A DNA stretch of 64,000 bases from Centroscyllium fabricii (Eukaryota): NCBI GenBank assembly GCA_051313645.2, contig JBNRSN020000006.1, forward strand, positions 68,510,001-68,574,000, written 5' to 3'. Under the pieces are notes generated by a model, which saw nothing but the letters and a program-made list of their open reading frames with translations, was not told the origin of the DNA and made no database searches. The position numbers and the translations under genes are program-made. This document shows, piece by piece, positions 14,432 to 25,847 of this stretch; positions within the stretch are counted from its first letter, which is position 1, and the number at the start of each line of letters is the position of its first letter.

Positions 14432-15680
14432 ATGGGAGCCATTGTTTTCCTCCCCTCTGAGCATTAGAGGAGCTCGAGCACCAGGCGCGGCAGCAGCAGA
14501 ACCAGGAACAACAGCAGCACCAGCAACAGCAGCAGCAGCAGGAGTGACAGGCTCCTGCTCACCCACCTGAGGCAGCACAGGCCAGAAGGGGCCAGCGCCT
14601 GGAAGCCCGTTGGCGCACGAGATACCCCCCAAACAGGGTCTACAGACACAGGGTCAGCTACCTCAACATGACTGAGCAGCAGTGCCAAAGGCAGCTCCGA
14701 CTTTTGTGAGAGGTAGTGACTGAGATCTGCGCAATGCTACAGCAAGACCTGCTGCCCAGAGGACCAGGTGGACACTCCTTACCACTGGCCATCAAAGTCA
14801 CCACCGTACTCAAATTTATTGCCTCAGGCTCATTCCAGGGATCATCAGCAGACATCAGCGGCATTTCCCAGTCAGCCGCACACACTTGTATCATGCAGGT
14901 AACCGATGCCCTCTTTGCCCTCGTGCACAATCACATCCATTTCACCAAGGATCGCGCAAGTGTGATGGCGTGAGCAGTTGGATTAGCTCATCTGGCAGAC
15001 TTTCCAAGGGTGCAGGGCATCATTGCCGGCACACATGTGGCCCTTAGGGCACCCCATCGCAATCCAGGTATTTTTGTCAACTGCAAGGGCTTCCACTCCC
15101 TTAACATTCAGCTCGTGTGTGACCACAAGAAGGAGATTTTGCATGTTTGTGCCAAGTACCCTGGCAGTTGCCATAACGCTTTCATATTGCGCCAGTCTAG
15201 TGGTCCTCTGCTATTCAGGCCACCAGACCAACTTCACGAGTGGCTACTTGGAGACAAGGGCTATCCCCCGAGGACTTGGCTAATGATGCCATTGAGGAGG
15301 CCAGCCAACAAAGCTAAGGAGCGCTACAACTCCAGCCACATTTCCACCAGCTGCATTATCGAGCAAACCATTGGTTTGCTGAAGATGCGCTTCAGATGCC
15401 TGGATAGATCAGGTGGAGCACTGCAGTACTCAGCAGCCAGGGTCTCCAGAATCATCATGGTTTTCTGTGTATTTCACAACATGGCACAGCATCGTGGCTT
15501 GAAGATTCCTGAGGACCTAGTGGCTCCTCACAACCCTCCTCAGATGATGATGCTGCTGAGGAGGAGGAGGGTGAAAACAACCATCCTGCAGAGGACCATC
15601 AACCAGTGGCAGCAGTACGTGAGAACATTGCTGCCCAGGATGCAAGGAATGCACTCATTTTGGTCAGATTTGCTTAGCCT
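14432..15680 (+). pseudogene. Harbinger DDE transposase (HARBI1-like), with in-frame stops
   Basis: [18 protein letters not shown] (first catalytic D appears mutated), [37 protein letters not shown]. Confidence 0.9.
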
Positions 15681-15949
15681 AGTCAATCAAGCACTTTTGC
15701 CTCACAGCTTCTTACCTGAGCATCGACAATGGCCAAGAACCAGCTGATTCCTAGCAATTTGACCACCATACTGACAAACAAAAGTAATCCTAAGCCCTCA
15801 ATGTGAAAGTCCCCTTTGTTAAATGACACACGCCACAACTACAGCAGTAGCCATCAGTTATTTTTATGTACATGATTCATATGATGGCTTTTACACATAA
15901 AACATCAAATTTCATGCGTGACTAAACTTGTGACTATTTGTGCACTATC

Positions 15950-17915
15950 TTTCTCTTACGCGTGCTCCTATGTGGTGCTTCCCCTATGGCTTCAGCAGAT
16001 GTGGAGGCCCCTTGCTCACTTTCTTGCTGCTCCTGTCTCGACACCTTTGGCAGTCATCCTCTGTGGTGGTGAACCTGTGAGGGCTCACCAGCAGTCTGCT
16101 GCTCCTGCGACTGTGCAGGGGTTGAGACGTCTATCTCACTTGGGTGTGGACTCCAGTAGGGCTCTGACCGAGGGCTCTGCAGTGGCATGTAAGTGTGAGC
16201 GCTTGGAGAGGAACCCCCACTTCATTGAGGTCTGCCACCAACCTCCCTCTCATGGGTCAGCTCCCCCTCAGTGCCTGCAAGTGGCTGGAGTGGGGGGGCC
16301 ATGGGGACCTGTATCTGCAATGGCAGTCCTACTCAGAAGGACTTCCATGAAGGTCTGGATTCTCTGTTGAATAGATGTCAATCGCTCCTCCAGAGATGTC
16401 ATTCTATTCTGAACATTCACCATGTTTTACATACACTTGCGACTAACCTCCTCCATGGCCGTAGCCCTCCTCTCCTCTACCGTAGCCAACCTTACCACGG
16501 AGGCAACAATCATTACTGCGTAGGTATCCATCCTTTCCTTGTTGATGCATTCATGTGCCAATGACGCCACAAAGACTCTGCTCATGTTTGCTATGGACTC
16601 CTCCATTCGCTCCACACTCGCAGCGACCCTGGAGACAAAACCTGCCAGAGACTCCTGCATCTGTGTCTGGAGTTCCATCACCACTGATCTTATGGATGGA
16701 CCCAAAGGCAGAGGGTCGACATGCAGCTGAGCTGAGCTGGGAGAGGCCTGCGCCCTCTGACGAGGACTCTCCACTGCTGTCCCTGTCTCCACAATCTGCT
16801 GAGGCTCACTTGTGAGCTGTGATACACCAGTTGACAACACTACTCTATGCCCCGAAGTTCCCACCGAGGTGTGAGTGTCTGCGCTGGTGCTGGGTGCACT
16901 TAGTTTTACTGATGCTGCGCCCTCAGAGGTTGCGGATTCCTCTGAGGAGTCTGGACGCTCAGGCTCTTCCTCCTGGACAGTGGGGATGGGGGCTCTCGAT
17001 GGTCCTGTGGGGGATTAAAAGAAAGAGTTAGAGATGTGATGTCAAGGTTACATGCACATTACATTTTGCAGATAATCATAAGTCCATATGATGTAGCTTC
17101 AGAATCATTATCAGAGACTAATGCAATGTCAATGAGAAAGATGGAAAACTATTCTGTCACCAGCTTGCTGTGATGCACCCCTCTGTCCGTCCCCAACTTG
17201 CGCATCTTTTTCAACCCGACAATTTCCAGGACAGCTTCTTCCCAGGGGGTGAGCTGGGCTGATAATGGTGGGCCTCATCCTGTCCTGACTCTTTCCCTTT
17301 TGTTGTGAGCCCTCTTTTCCTGCAATGAGGGAGATAAGTGGAGGTTGAGTGAAAATGAAGTTGTGAGTGTAGAGATTGCATAGCACAGATACTTAGAGGG
17401 AGACAAAGATGGAGTGAGGTTGCAAGGCCAAGGGCCCTCCCTGTGTGTTGTCAGTTGTGTTCAAAGCATCAGAGTGAGACGGAGTGTGAGGGCTGAATGT
17501 TGGAATATTTATGTGATTGTGAGCTTAGAGAGAGAGGGAATGGCTAAGGGTGCATGAATGTGAGTGTCAAGTGGGATGTGGAGGAAGAGATTGCTAAAAC
17601 TGAGTGCTTGTGAGGAAAGGCAATGGGGATCAGATTGAGGGTGATGGAATCTTCTAACTTACTTTTCCAGTGCATTGAAGGTCATGGAATCTTTTCCTGC
17701 ACTGCATCCAGGTGCACCGTGAGAGCCCCAAGGAGTTGACCTCCTCAGCCACCTGTATCCACACAGCCTTGGTCTGAGTGGGAGGCCTCTTCCTCCCTGA
17801 TGAAGGGAACAGGATCTCCCAATGGGCCCTAGCCCCATCCACCAATGACTGCAGTGATGCCTCATCAAACTTAGGCGCTGCTCTTGGCTATTGTTCCTGC
17901 AGGTTCCTGTGCCAT
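15950..17915 (-). pseudogene. Harbinger Myb/SANT-like DNA-binding protein gene, multi-exon
   Basis: Exon 1 (17915-17663) AVWIQVAEEVNS...CTWMQCRKRFHDL ends at a gtaagt donor; exon 2 (17319-17161) EKRAHNKRER; exon 3 from 17004 with a coiled-coil-like stretch; 3' limit approximate. Confidence 0.8.
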
Positions 17916-18377
17916 CAAATGGAGAAAGCTTGGAAACCTGCAGAAGAAGCAAGGCTTGCTGTGGACCTTAAATGCAGCAGCAATTATGATGTCATCGGAG
18001 GGGACTTTCAGTCATGAGAAACCCCTTTGCAAAGGCTTCCCACACGTTTGAAATCAATTGGCCAATTCAGTTAAAATTGCATCAATCTCCCACATCCATT
18101 TAGATTCGTGTGGGAAACACAAAATTCGGGGAACATGACAATAGCCCACACCTGAGTTAAAATCGACACCTATATAATTCTATTGGTGGTTTTCAAAGTT
18201 GATTTTAGTAGGAAATTTGCTGATTAAATGTTTAAATGATTTTGGTGTAAGGGAGGGATTCCACAATTTAGTGTTTCTGTTGGATTTATATAGGATGCTG
18301 TCATATATCGCTATTGCCCTTTGAAAGAGGAATTATAGGATATTATACATCTGTCACCTCTAATATAGGTTCAAGTA

Positions 18378-18865
18378 CAGGTTGAGCACCGGAAATACGG
18401 CACGGGCGGAACCAGGCCCGTGCCGGGAAAGTGAAAAAAACGGCAGAATGAAGTCGGTCAGTGCGCATGCGCGCAACATTCAAAATGGCCGTGCGCATGT
18501 GCACAACATTGGAAATGGCAGGCGAATGTCTTTGCGGAGTCTCAGCTGCGGTTTGTGCCTCCTGATGATGGCCAGCAGGCTGCTCTGGGGAACCGCTCGG
18601 TTCACCATGGCGGGCGCTCGGGACTCGCACATTCAAAACACGGCGCGAGCCGCCGCGCCCTGACGCCACGGAAGGCCCGGCTCGTCCGGCGGCCGTTTTG
18701 AATGATCTGTGCATGTGCTCGCCGTTCGGTGGCGCATGCGCAGATCATTCGCCGAAGCCGCGATCGCAGCTGCCATTTTGCGCATGCACAGTGCAGTCGG
18801 GGCAATTTGTTATGGAAAACTGAAGTTGCCGGCATTTCGGTCACGGATTTCCGGTGCTCAACCTG
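18378..18865. mobile_element. Tc1/mariner-pogo (Tigger-like) MITE
   Basis: 19-bp TIR caggttgagcaccggaaat / atttccggtgctcaacctg flanked by TA on both sides. Confidence 0.88.
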
Positions 18866-18936
18866 TAGTAGGAAACACTGAAACGTCTGGTTAATAATCT
18901 TTATTAAATCAAGTCAATGAGGTAATAAAACACAAT

Positions 18937-19814
18937 GGCTGCGAAATTGGCGGCTTAGCGCCAGCCCATTTGCGCCAAAAATGGGCGCTAATGGGCCAGT
19001 GCTGAATTAGCGCCAAAATTAGCACCAGGCGATAAATAGGCTTTGTGCTAGCTACACGTTAGCACAGCGCCGTTTGGCGATCACCAATCGTCGTGACAAT
19101 GCGTGTGCAACGCCCGCCCGGTGGGCTGCGCCCGATATTGGGTTTAGCGACTTTCCAACACCCCCGCGCCATCAGCGCCAGCTTTTGCAAGCGCTGCAGC
19201 GGGTTTGAGTGGCCGCTGCAGCGCTGCTAAAAGGGCCACCCTCCCTCTTCGGCCCGAGATCGGCCAGTTGCTAAGGGAAGGGGGAGGCGTCCCGATCGGC
19301 CAATTGATCAGAGTACAAGGAGGGGTGTCGGGTGGCCCCCGATCGGCAGCTGATCAGAGAGCGGGGAGGGAGGCCTGCGATCGGCAGCTGATCAGAGAGC
19401 GGGGAGGGAGGCCTGCGATCGGCAGCTGATCAGAGAGCGGGGAGGGGGGTCGGGCGGCCCCCAATCGGCAGCTGATCAGAGAGCGGGAAGGGGTGTCGGG
19501 CGGCCACCGATCGGCCAATTGATGAGAGAGTGGCGAGGGAAAGATGCTGCTCTGCTTCCCCTTTAAGACCTAATCGGCTGCAGAGGTCATGGGGAAGCAA
19601 GCAGTTCGTGAGGGAGCGCTGCACCCTGGAACGGCAATTAGCGGCAAGATATTGGCCACCTGGAAGCCGTACAAGACGTGAATTAGCGCAAAAGTCTGCA
19701 ACGACGGCGCTAACTCCAATATCGGCCGCCTCGGCGCTAATTTAGCGCCGGCGCTAATTTTTAGCGCAGTGCCAATTTTAGCGCCGAAAACATGCGCTCA
19801 CGAATTTCCCACCC
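18937..19814. mobile_element. Harbinger-type MITE with internal tandem repeat
   Basis: Imperfect TIR ggctgcgaaatt / aatttcccaccc; TSD aat; subterminal tagcgcc repeats. Confidence 0.72.
19255..19530. repeat. GC-rich minisatellite, core gatcggcagctgatcagagagcggggaggg (38-47 bp units)
   Basis: About six copies visible. Confidence 0.85.
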
Positions 19815-20034
19815 AATGCCTTACAAGCAGTACATATGAGACATAGGTATCAATATTCACGTACCAAGGACTCATTAGGAGGTCGCAGTTGTGTCATCTT
19901 GATTGCTTATGCGAGCCTTGGCAAGACTAAATTATAGTTCCCCATTAGTTCTAGTGTGTTGTATCTTTTACAGGTTTAATTACCTGGGATAAATGTGGGT
20001 AGCGTATGTCATCACGTTCTGTGTGTGCCATATG

Positions 20035-20556
20035 TAAACCTGAGGTCATTCAAAACTCAGCTGCCCATGTACTAACTCTCACCAAATCCCGTTCACCTAT
20101 CACCCTTGTGCTCGCTGACCTACATTGGTCCCCGGTTAAGCAACACCTCGATTTCAAAATTCCCATCCTTGTTTTCAAATCCTACCATGGTCTCACCCCT
20201 CCCTATCTCTGTGAACTCCTTCAGCCCCACAATCCCCCGAGATATCTGCACTCCTCTAATTCTGCCCTCTTGAGCATCCCTGACTATAATCACTCAACCT
20301 TTGGTGGCCGTGCCTTCTATTGCTTAGGCCCTAAGCTCTGGAATTCCCTCCCTAAACCTCTCAGCCTCTCTATCTCTCTCTCCTCCTTTAAGACGCTCCT
20401 TAAAACCTCCTTCTTTGACCAAGCTTTTGGTCATCTGCCCTAATTTCTCCCTATGTGGTTCAGTGTCAATTTTTTTGTCATATACTACTCCTGTAAAGCA
20501 CCATGGGAAATTTTACTACATTATAGGCGCTATACAAATACAAGTTGTTGTTGTTG
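20035..20556 (+). mobile_element. L2 LINE 3' end
   Basis: IQNSAAHVLT, LADLHWSPV, GGRAF...PKLWNSLP, FKTLLKT; (ttg)n tail. Confidence 0.9.
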
Positions 20557-21095
20557 ACTTGCAAGCTCGTTTAGTGGTCAGGTTAGAATCAATCGTCTGT
20601 TGTGCATTTCTTTGATGTCTTAGGTTGATTATGACACTGAACATGCCACACATGACCGCTCATTAGTTCTCTGTAGCATTTGAAGTCTTATTTCTTCCCT
20701 GTACATCCATAATGCAACCCCTATTAATATCACATTACTCCCTATGGTCTCCTTAACTAATTTACTACATTTATTATCTCTTCCCATGGATGGTTAATGT
20801 GGTAATGTCTCCACTGCTCCAGGTCTGACCTTGCAAAGCCATTGTAACCATTGCAGAATCAATCTTTAATCTGTAGATATATATTTTATATTAACACAAA
20901 CTTACTATGGCTGTTCTGCCTGATATATTGCCCATCAGCGCAGCCCTGCTCATGGGGAGCACAGGTTCTATAGAACTAGAACATTATAACCCCATTTTTC
21001 CAGTCTCTGGTCTCCAAGTACAGCTCCATGTGCAATGTAAAAGATGACTACCATAAAGCCTATTCCCAGCTAAATATCAGACTAGAATCCATCAA

Positions 21096-22113
21096 TAATA
21101 ATGAAATAACAACAGAAAATGCTGGAAAAACTCAGCAGGCCAGGCAGCATGCGTGGAGAGAGAAACAGAGATAATGGGGGTGATTTTGTCAGAAGGGCAG
21201 GAACCTGGCGGGGATTGGTCTGGGCAACCTTTGGCCCCGCCTGCCCAAACAGCTGGGAAGGCCACGCAATTTTAGTTTAATTAGGTTGTTAAATCCCCGC
21301 AGGCGGCAGCGGGAGGTAATTAGGTCAATCGAGTCAGGCTACATCGGAGCTGCGAGCAGCTAGATTGACAGTTCCAGCACTGGTTGTTGACAGTTCCCAT
21401 GGAAACACTCCACTGTGACATCACAGTGGAGTGGAACTAATAGGAATGGTCAAGTGCTGGTGACTGACAGGTGGGTGGGCAGGCTCAGAACTATTGACAG
21501 CTCGGCGGCAGCTGTGAGGAAATGTTCAGAACTGAAATTTCTCAGTTTCTGCTCACAGCTGCTGCAGCCACAGCGGAATTACTTACTCCTCTAAGGTGCT
21601 GGAGGCATGCCAAGCATTTGGCAGCATGTCCTTCACACCTTGAAGGAGAAAGTAATCACCAGCACTGTGCTCCCGCTGGGTTTCACCCAGCGGGGTTTAG
21701 GGTGGTGGGGTTAGGGCGGGAAACAGGGCAAAATGGCTGAGGGCCCTTAAAATGGCATTAAAGATGCCAATTAAGAGCCCTTAATGAGGTGAAAACCGAT
21801 CCTTGCTGGCCGGCGGCGGGAAGGTTTTGGGGCGGGGAAACTGGGCGGAGGAAAATGAGAAAACGGCGGGGATACAGCGGGGGGGCGGGGCCTGCCGGTT
21901 ACGTTATTTTGCCGGCCGGGCCGCTGAAATCCCCGCCTCACGGGGACATAAAAATCCCCCTCAATGTTTCAGGTCAAAGACCATCTGATTAAAGGTCTTC
22001 GACCTGAAACGTAAACTCTGTTTCTCTCTCCACGGATGTTGCCTGGCCTGCTGAGTTTTTCCAGTGTTTTCTGTTATTATTTCAGATTTCCAGCATCCGC
22101 AGTATTTTGTTAC
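21096..22113 (+). mobile_element. Short fold-back Penelope-type retroelement with a hammerhead-like core, interrupted by a MITE
   Basis: Arms acagaaaatgctggaaaaactcagcaggccaggcagcat / atgttgcctggcctgctgagtttttccagtgttttctgt; 12-bp TSD agaatccatcaa (21084-21095 / 22114-22125). Confidence 0.7.
21176..21962. mobile_element. Harbinger-type MITE
   Basis: TIR gggggtgatttt / aaaatccccctc; TSD aat; related copy in opposite orientation at 57200-58026. Confidence 0.8.
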
Positions 22114-22837
22114 AGAATCCATCAACACTGTGCTGTATAGTCTTTTAGCCCTTTGAAAATTGAAAGATCTTTAAGCATCCAAATTATCCTCTTTTCCTTT
22201 TTGCAACATCTGGAAAAAATAATTGCTGTAATTTTGTTTTTATTCACCCGTGTCAACTTTTCTGCCCTTCTCCTTATGAAAGTCCAAACCATTTTCAGGT
22301 ATACAGTTCTACAGAGGCCAGTTGGCCTTACCCGAGTGGTCATTATTCATGTGTAATCCTGAAAAGTGGGCATAGGCAGGAGATTGTATACTCCAATCCA
22401 TCCCACTCAACATAGATGCTGGGCTTTTACATCTCTGCATCTAAAATTTTGAGCACACAATTAGGCAAGGGGACAGATTCTGAACTTAATCACTTTGAAT
22501 GAGATGGTTGACAGCAGGAGACAAGGCCCCTGCGTCTGATGGTTAGCCAGGTGAATTATAAGAGACAGGGATAATCTTCATCACTCCTACACTGTGTCCT
22601 TCAGCAAGTCACAATTTGCATTGCAGTGATCTTGGCCGTGTATAAGAAGAACAGAGTCCTCTCAAATTCACTTCCCACTATCCACTTTTTTTTATGAATT
22701 GCGATATCAAGACTGTAGCTAAGGTTGGTTAAGTGGTATATGTCAATATTATCTCAGTTCATGAAGCCGCATAAAATGGACTTCACTAGGGGTTTGACAT
22801 TCAGTGGGTAATATGATTGCTGAATAACATACACCTT

Positions 22838-23704
22838 GGGGAGAAAATTTGGTTGGTTTGCACCTCCCGTTAGCGTCTTAAGAGAGTACTAATGGGGCGC
22901 AAAGCAACCAGCGCCCGGGTGCAGTGATGATTGTGCCGTTCGCGGAATTGACCAGACATTTTGCGGCGGCACTAAACACTACCACCATGATGTCCTGCAC
23001 CCGCAGATCTTGACGTCAGTCGAGCATGCAACGCCCCGGTAGCGCCCTGGACCAGATATTGTGTGGCGCCCCCTGCCTTACCACCTGCCACTAGTAACAA
23101 CAGGTTGAGGGGAGCATTTTGCAGTCGGGAAGGAACTGGGGGAGCACTATTTAAAGGTGACCGGTTCCTGTCATTTTGTCAGTGACATTTTTGCACCGCG
23201 CATTCTGAGTGAGAGAGAGAGACTTTTGGAGATATTCAATGTTGTGTTGAGGAGTTTTGGGTACTGAGCAGCACTTTGCAGGTTCATTTGGATTTGTCCT
23301 TCCTTGCATCAATTTAGAAGAGACTACGGGGACACTCTGATATCTTTCCCTGGGTCTCTCCATTGTTCTTTCCAGCAGATTTGATGTGCAGGTCTCTCCA
23401 GGCTGAGATTCAAGGCTGCAATGAGCAATGTGTGGTTGGAGAGCAAGTCCTTTAAGAATTGGACGGCGCCAGTGTGTCTGTGTTCCATTGCTGACTGACA
23501 TCACATGCGCTTTGCCAGCACTCTGATGTAACGCCTTGCTCCTCATCATTAGCGCCTTAATACAGGTGTGGAGTGCCTGATTTAGTGCTCCAATCACCTC
23601 CAGGGGCAATGAAAGCCAAGTTTGCAGTTGGAGGTGATAATTAGTGCCAGGCGCTAAACTTTGCGCCTAGCCGATAATTGCACCCCAAACGAGGCGTATA
23701 TCGA
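22838..23704. mobile_element. Non-autonomous Harbinger-derived element directly upstream of a related element
   Basis: Starts ggggagaaaatttggttgg; 23580-23705 resembles the terminus at 41420-41516; its start recurs at about 23705. Confidence 0.55.
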
Positions 23705-24142
23705 ATTTGGTTGGTTAGCAACTCCCGTTATCCCCACTGGGGCACTATCGACTTACTGCCCGGGTGCAGCGATGTTAGTGCCACTGACGAATTTCACCTG
23801 GTGGTTCACAGCGCCGTTAACCACTACTGCCACGATCTCCTGCGCCCGGAGATCGTGATGTTATCCAGCCGCGCATCGCCCAGTAGTGCCCCGGATTGAA
23901 ATTAATTTTTGCCCCCTGTCTCAGCACCTGCCGTTAGGAATGACAACTAGAGGAGGCGGATTGCAGTTGGCTGGGAGCTACAGGAGAGCTATTTAAAGGC
24001 AAACACTTCCTGTTTATTTTGTCATCCAACAATGCTGCCTTGTCACTTTGCCAGAAGCAGAGAGGCATTTTGGCCCATTTGAGGTTTTCCTACTTGAAAG
24101 AGTTTTGCTCCAGGCAAACATTTATCAGATTCATTTGGCTAA

Positions 24143-24852
24143 AGCCCCGCTTTCACTGGAGGCTACGAATTGCCGAATCGTCCCGATTCTGAAATTTGTC
24201 CGTTTCTTAGATAATTCTTGCAATTCGTAGGTGATTCGTAGGTGATTCGTAGGTGATTCGTAGGTGTTCGGTAGAGTTCGCGGGAGTTCGACATATTTCG
24301 TCACTTTGCCAAGAAAGTTTTTGTTTGTCAAAAACTTTCTTGGGATTGTTACCGATTGTCCGATTCGTGAATGATTCGTAAACAATTCGTGATCCTTTCT
24401 TATCGTTCGTTACCCTTTCTTACCATCCGTAACGGCTTCGTAATCGATTCGTAGTGCATTCTTGCCTATTCTTGGGCATTCTTGATTTTCTCAAATTCGT
24501 GGAACCACGCCGAATACATCACGAATGTCCACGAATGTCCACGAATGCACTACGAATGCACTACGAATGCACTACGAATGCAATTCGTAGATAATTCGTA
24601 GAATTCGTAACTTAATCGTGGAGGTCGTAGTGGATTCGTAAATTAATTCTGCATATTCGTAAGTGATTCGTACCTCATTCCTACAATAATTCGTGATAGA
24701 TTCGTAACCTTGTCCAGAATCGCCAAGAATTAACCAAGAATCGCCAAGAATTAACCACGAATTTTCGCATTTTTTGCCGAATCGCCACGAATTTCGATAC
24801 GTGACGATTCTTGATATTCTTGATATTCTTAGCCTCCAGTGAAAGCGGGGCT
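24143..24852. mobile_element. 710-bp non-coding TIR element, probably Harbinger-type, built of TTCGT/ACGAA repeats
   Basis: Perfect 23-bp TIR agccccgctttcactggaggcta; TAA on both sides; flanked by a 147-bp direct duplication. Confidence 0.88.
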
Positions 24853-25029
24853 TAAAGGCAAACACTTCCTGTTTATTTTGTCATCCAACAATGCTGCCTT
24901 GTCACTTTGCCAGAAGCAGAGAGGCATTTTGGCCCATTTGAGGTTTTCCTACTTGAAAGAGTTTTGCTCCAGGCAAACATTTATCAGATTCATTTGGCTT
25001 ACTTTTGATACTGGAACCTTTTCAACACT

Positions 25030-25847
25030 TAATGGTGACTGTACTGATATGGGACCTCACTCTCCAGCTTCACCATCAGAGGCAGCAGAGGCGGAGAGAA
25101 AGATTGGAAAACGTGGCCAGAGGGAGGAGGGCCAACAGGGCTCTCAACAGGAGGCCTTACCCTCCTAGAGTAGTCCGGGCACAGATCTACATTCATCTGC
25201 CAGAGCAGCAGTGCCTTAGAAGGTTGCGCTGCAGCAAGGAGGTGGTCAGAGAGCTCTGCCATCTCCGGCAGACAGAGCTCCAGCCTCAGCTCAGGACCAA
25301 TACATTACTTTCAGTGGCAGTGAAGGTCATAGTCGCTCTCAATTTCTACGCCAACAGCTCCTTCCAAGTTTCAACATGGGCTATTTCAAACATTTCACAT
25401 TTTGCCGTCCATTGCTGTAGCGAGGAGGTAACAGATGCTCTCTACAGAAGAAGAAGGGAGCACATCTCATTCCCCACAACCAGAGACAAACAGGATAAAC
25501 ATTCATGTGGCTTTGCAAGGATAGCGGACTTCCCCATAGTTCAGGGTGCCATTGACCGCACCCATGTGGCATTGCAGGCACCTCATCACAGTGCAAAGGT
25601 GTTCCGCGACTGCAAAGGCTACCACTCTCTGAACGTGCAGTTGGTGTGCGACCACAGACAGCGCATCCTCGCCGACAATGCCCGCTATCCTGGCAACAGC
25701 CACGATGCATTCATCCTGCGACAGACCGGTGTCCCAGCATTGTTCCAACCACCGCAGCAAGCTTGTGGCTGGCTGCTTGGAGACAAGGATTGTCCACTCA
25801 CGAACTGGCTGATGACACCCCTCCGCAACCCCAACGCTCCTGCTCAG
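25030..25847 (+). pseudogene. Harbinger transposase, N-terminal part (C-terminus at about 41149-41330)
   Basis: VALNFYANSSFQ, VQGAIDRTHV, KGYHSLNVQLVCD, GNSHDAFIL, LLGDKDCP. Confidence 0.9.

Larger units (their letters stand above)
13928..18170 (+). mobile_element. Full-length two-gene PIF/Harbinger transposon (decayed)
   Basis: Terminal inverted repeats (TIRs) ggggtcgatttt / aaaatcgacacc (1 mismatch); 3-bp TSD tat; convergent transposase and Myb/SANT genes. Confidence 0.92.

Noticed and set aside
15010-15747. Domesticated host HARBI1 gene
   Set aside because: Lies between TIRs with a TSD, has stops, and the first catalytic Asp is altered.
24200-24800. CRISPR-like array
   Set aside because: Short degenerate repeats without unique spacers, inside a TIR element, with no cas genes and in a eukaryotic context.
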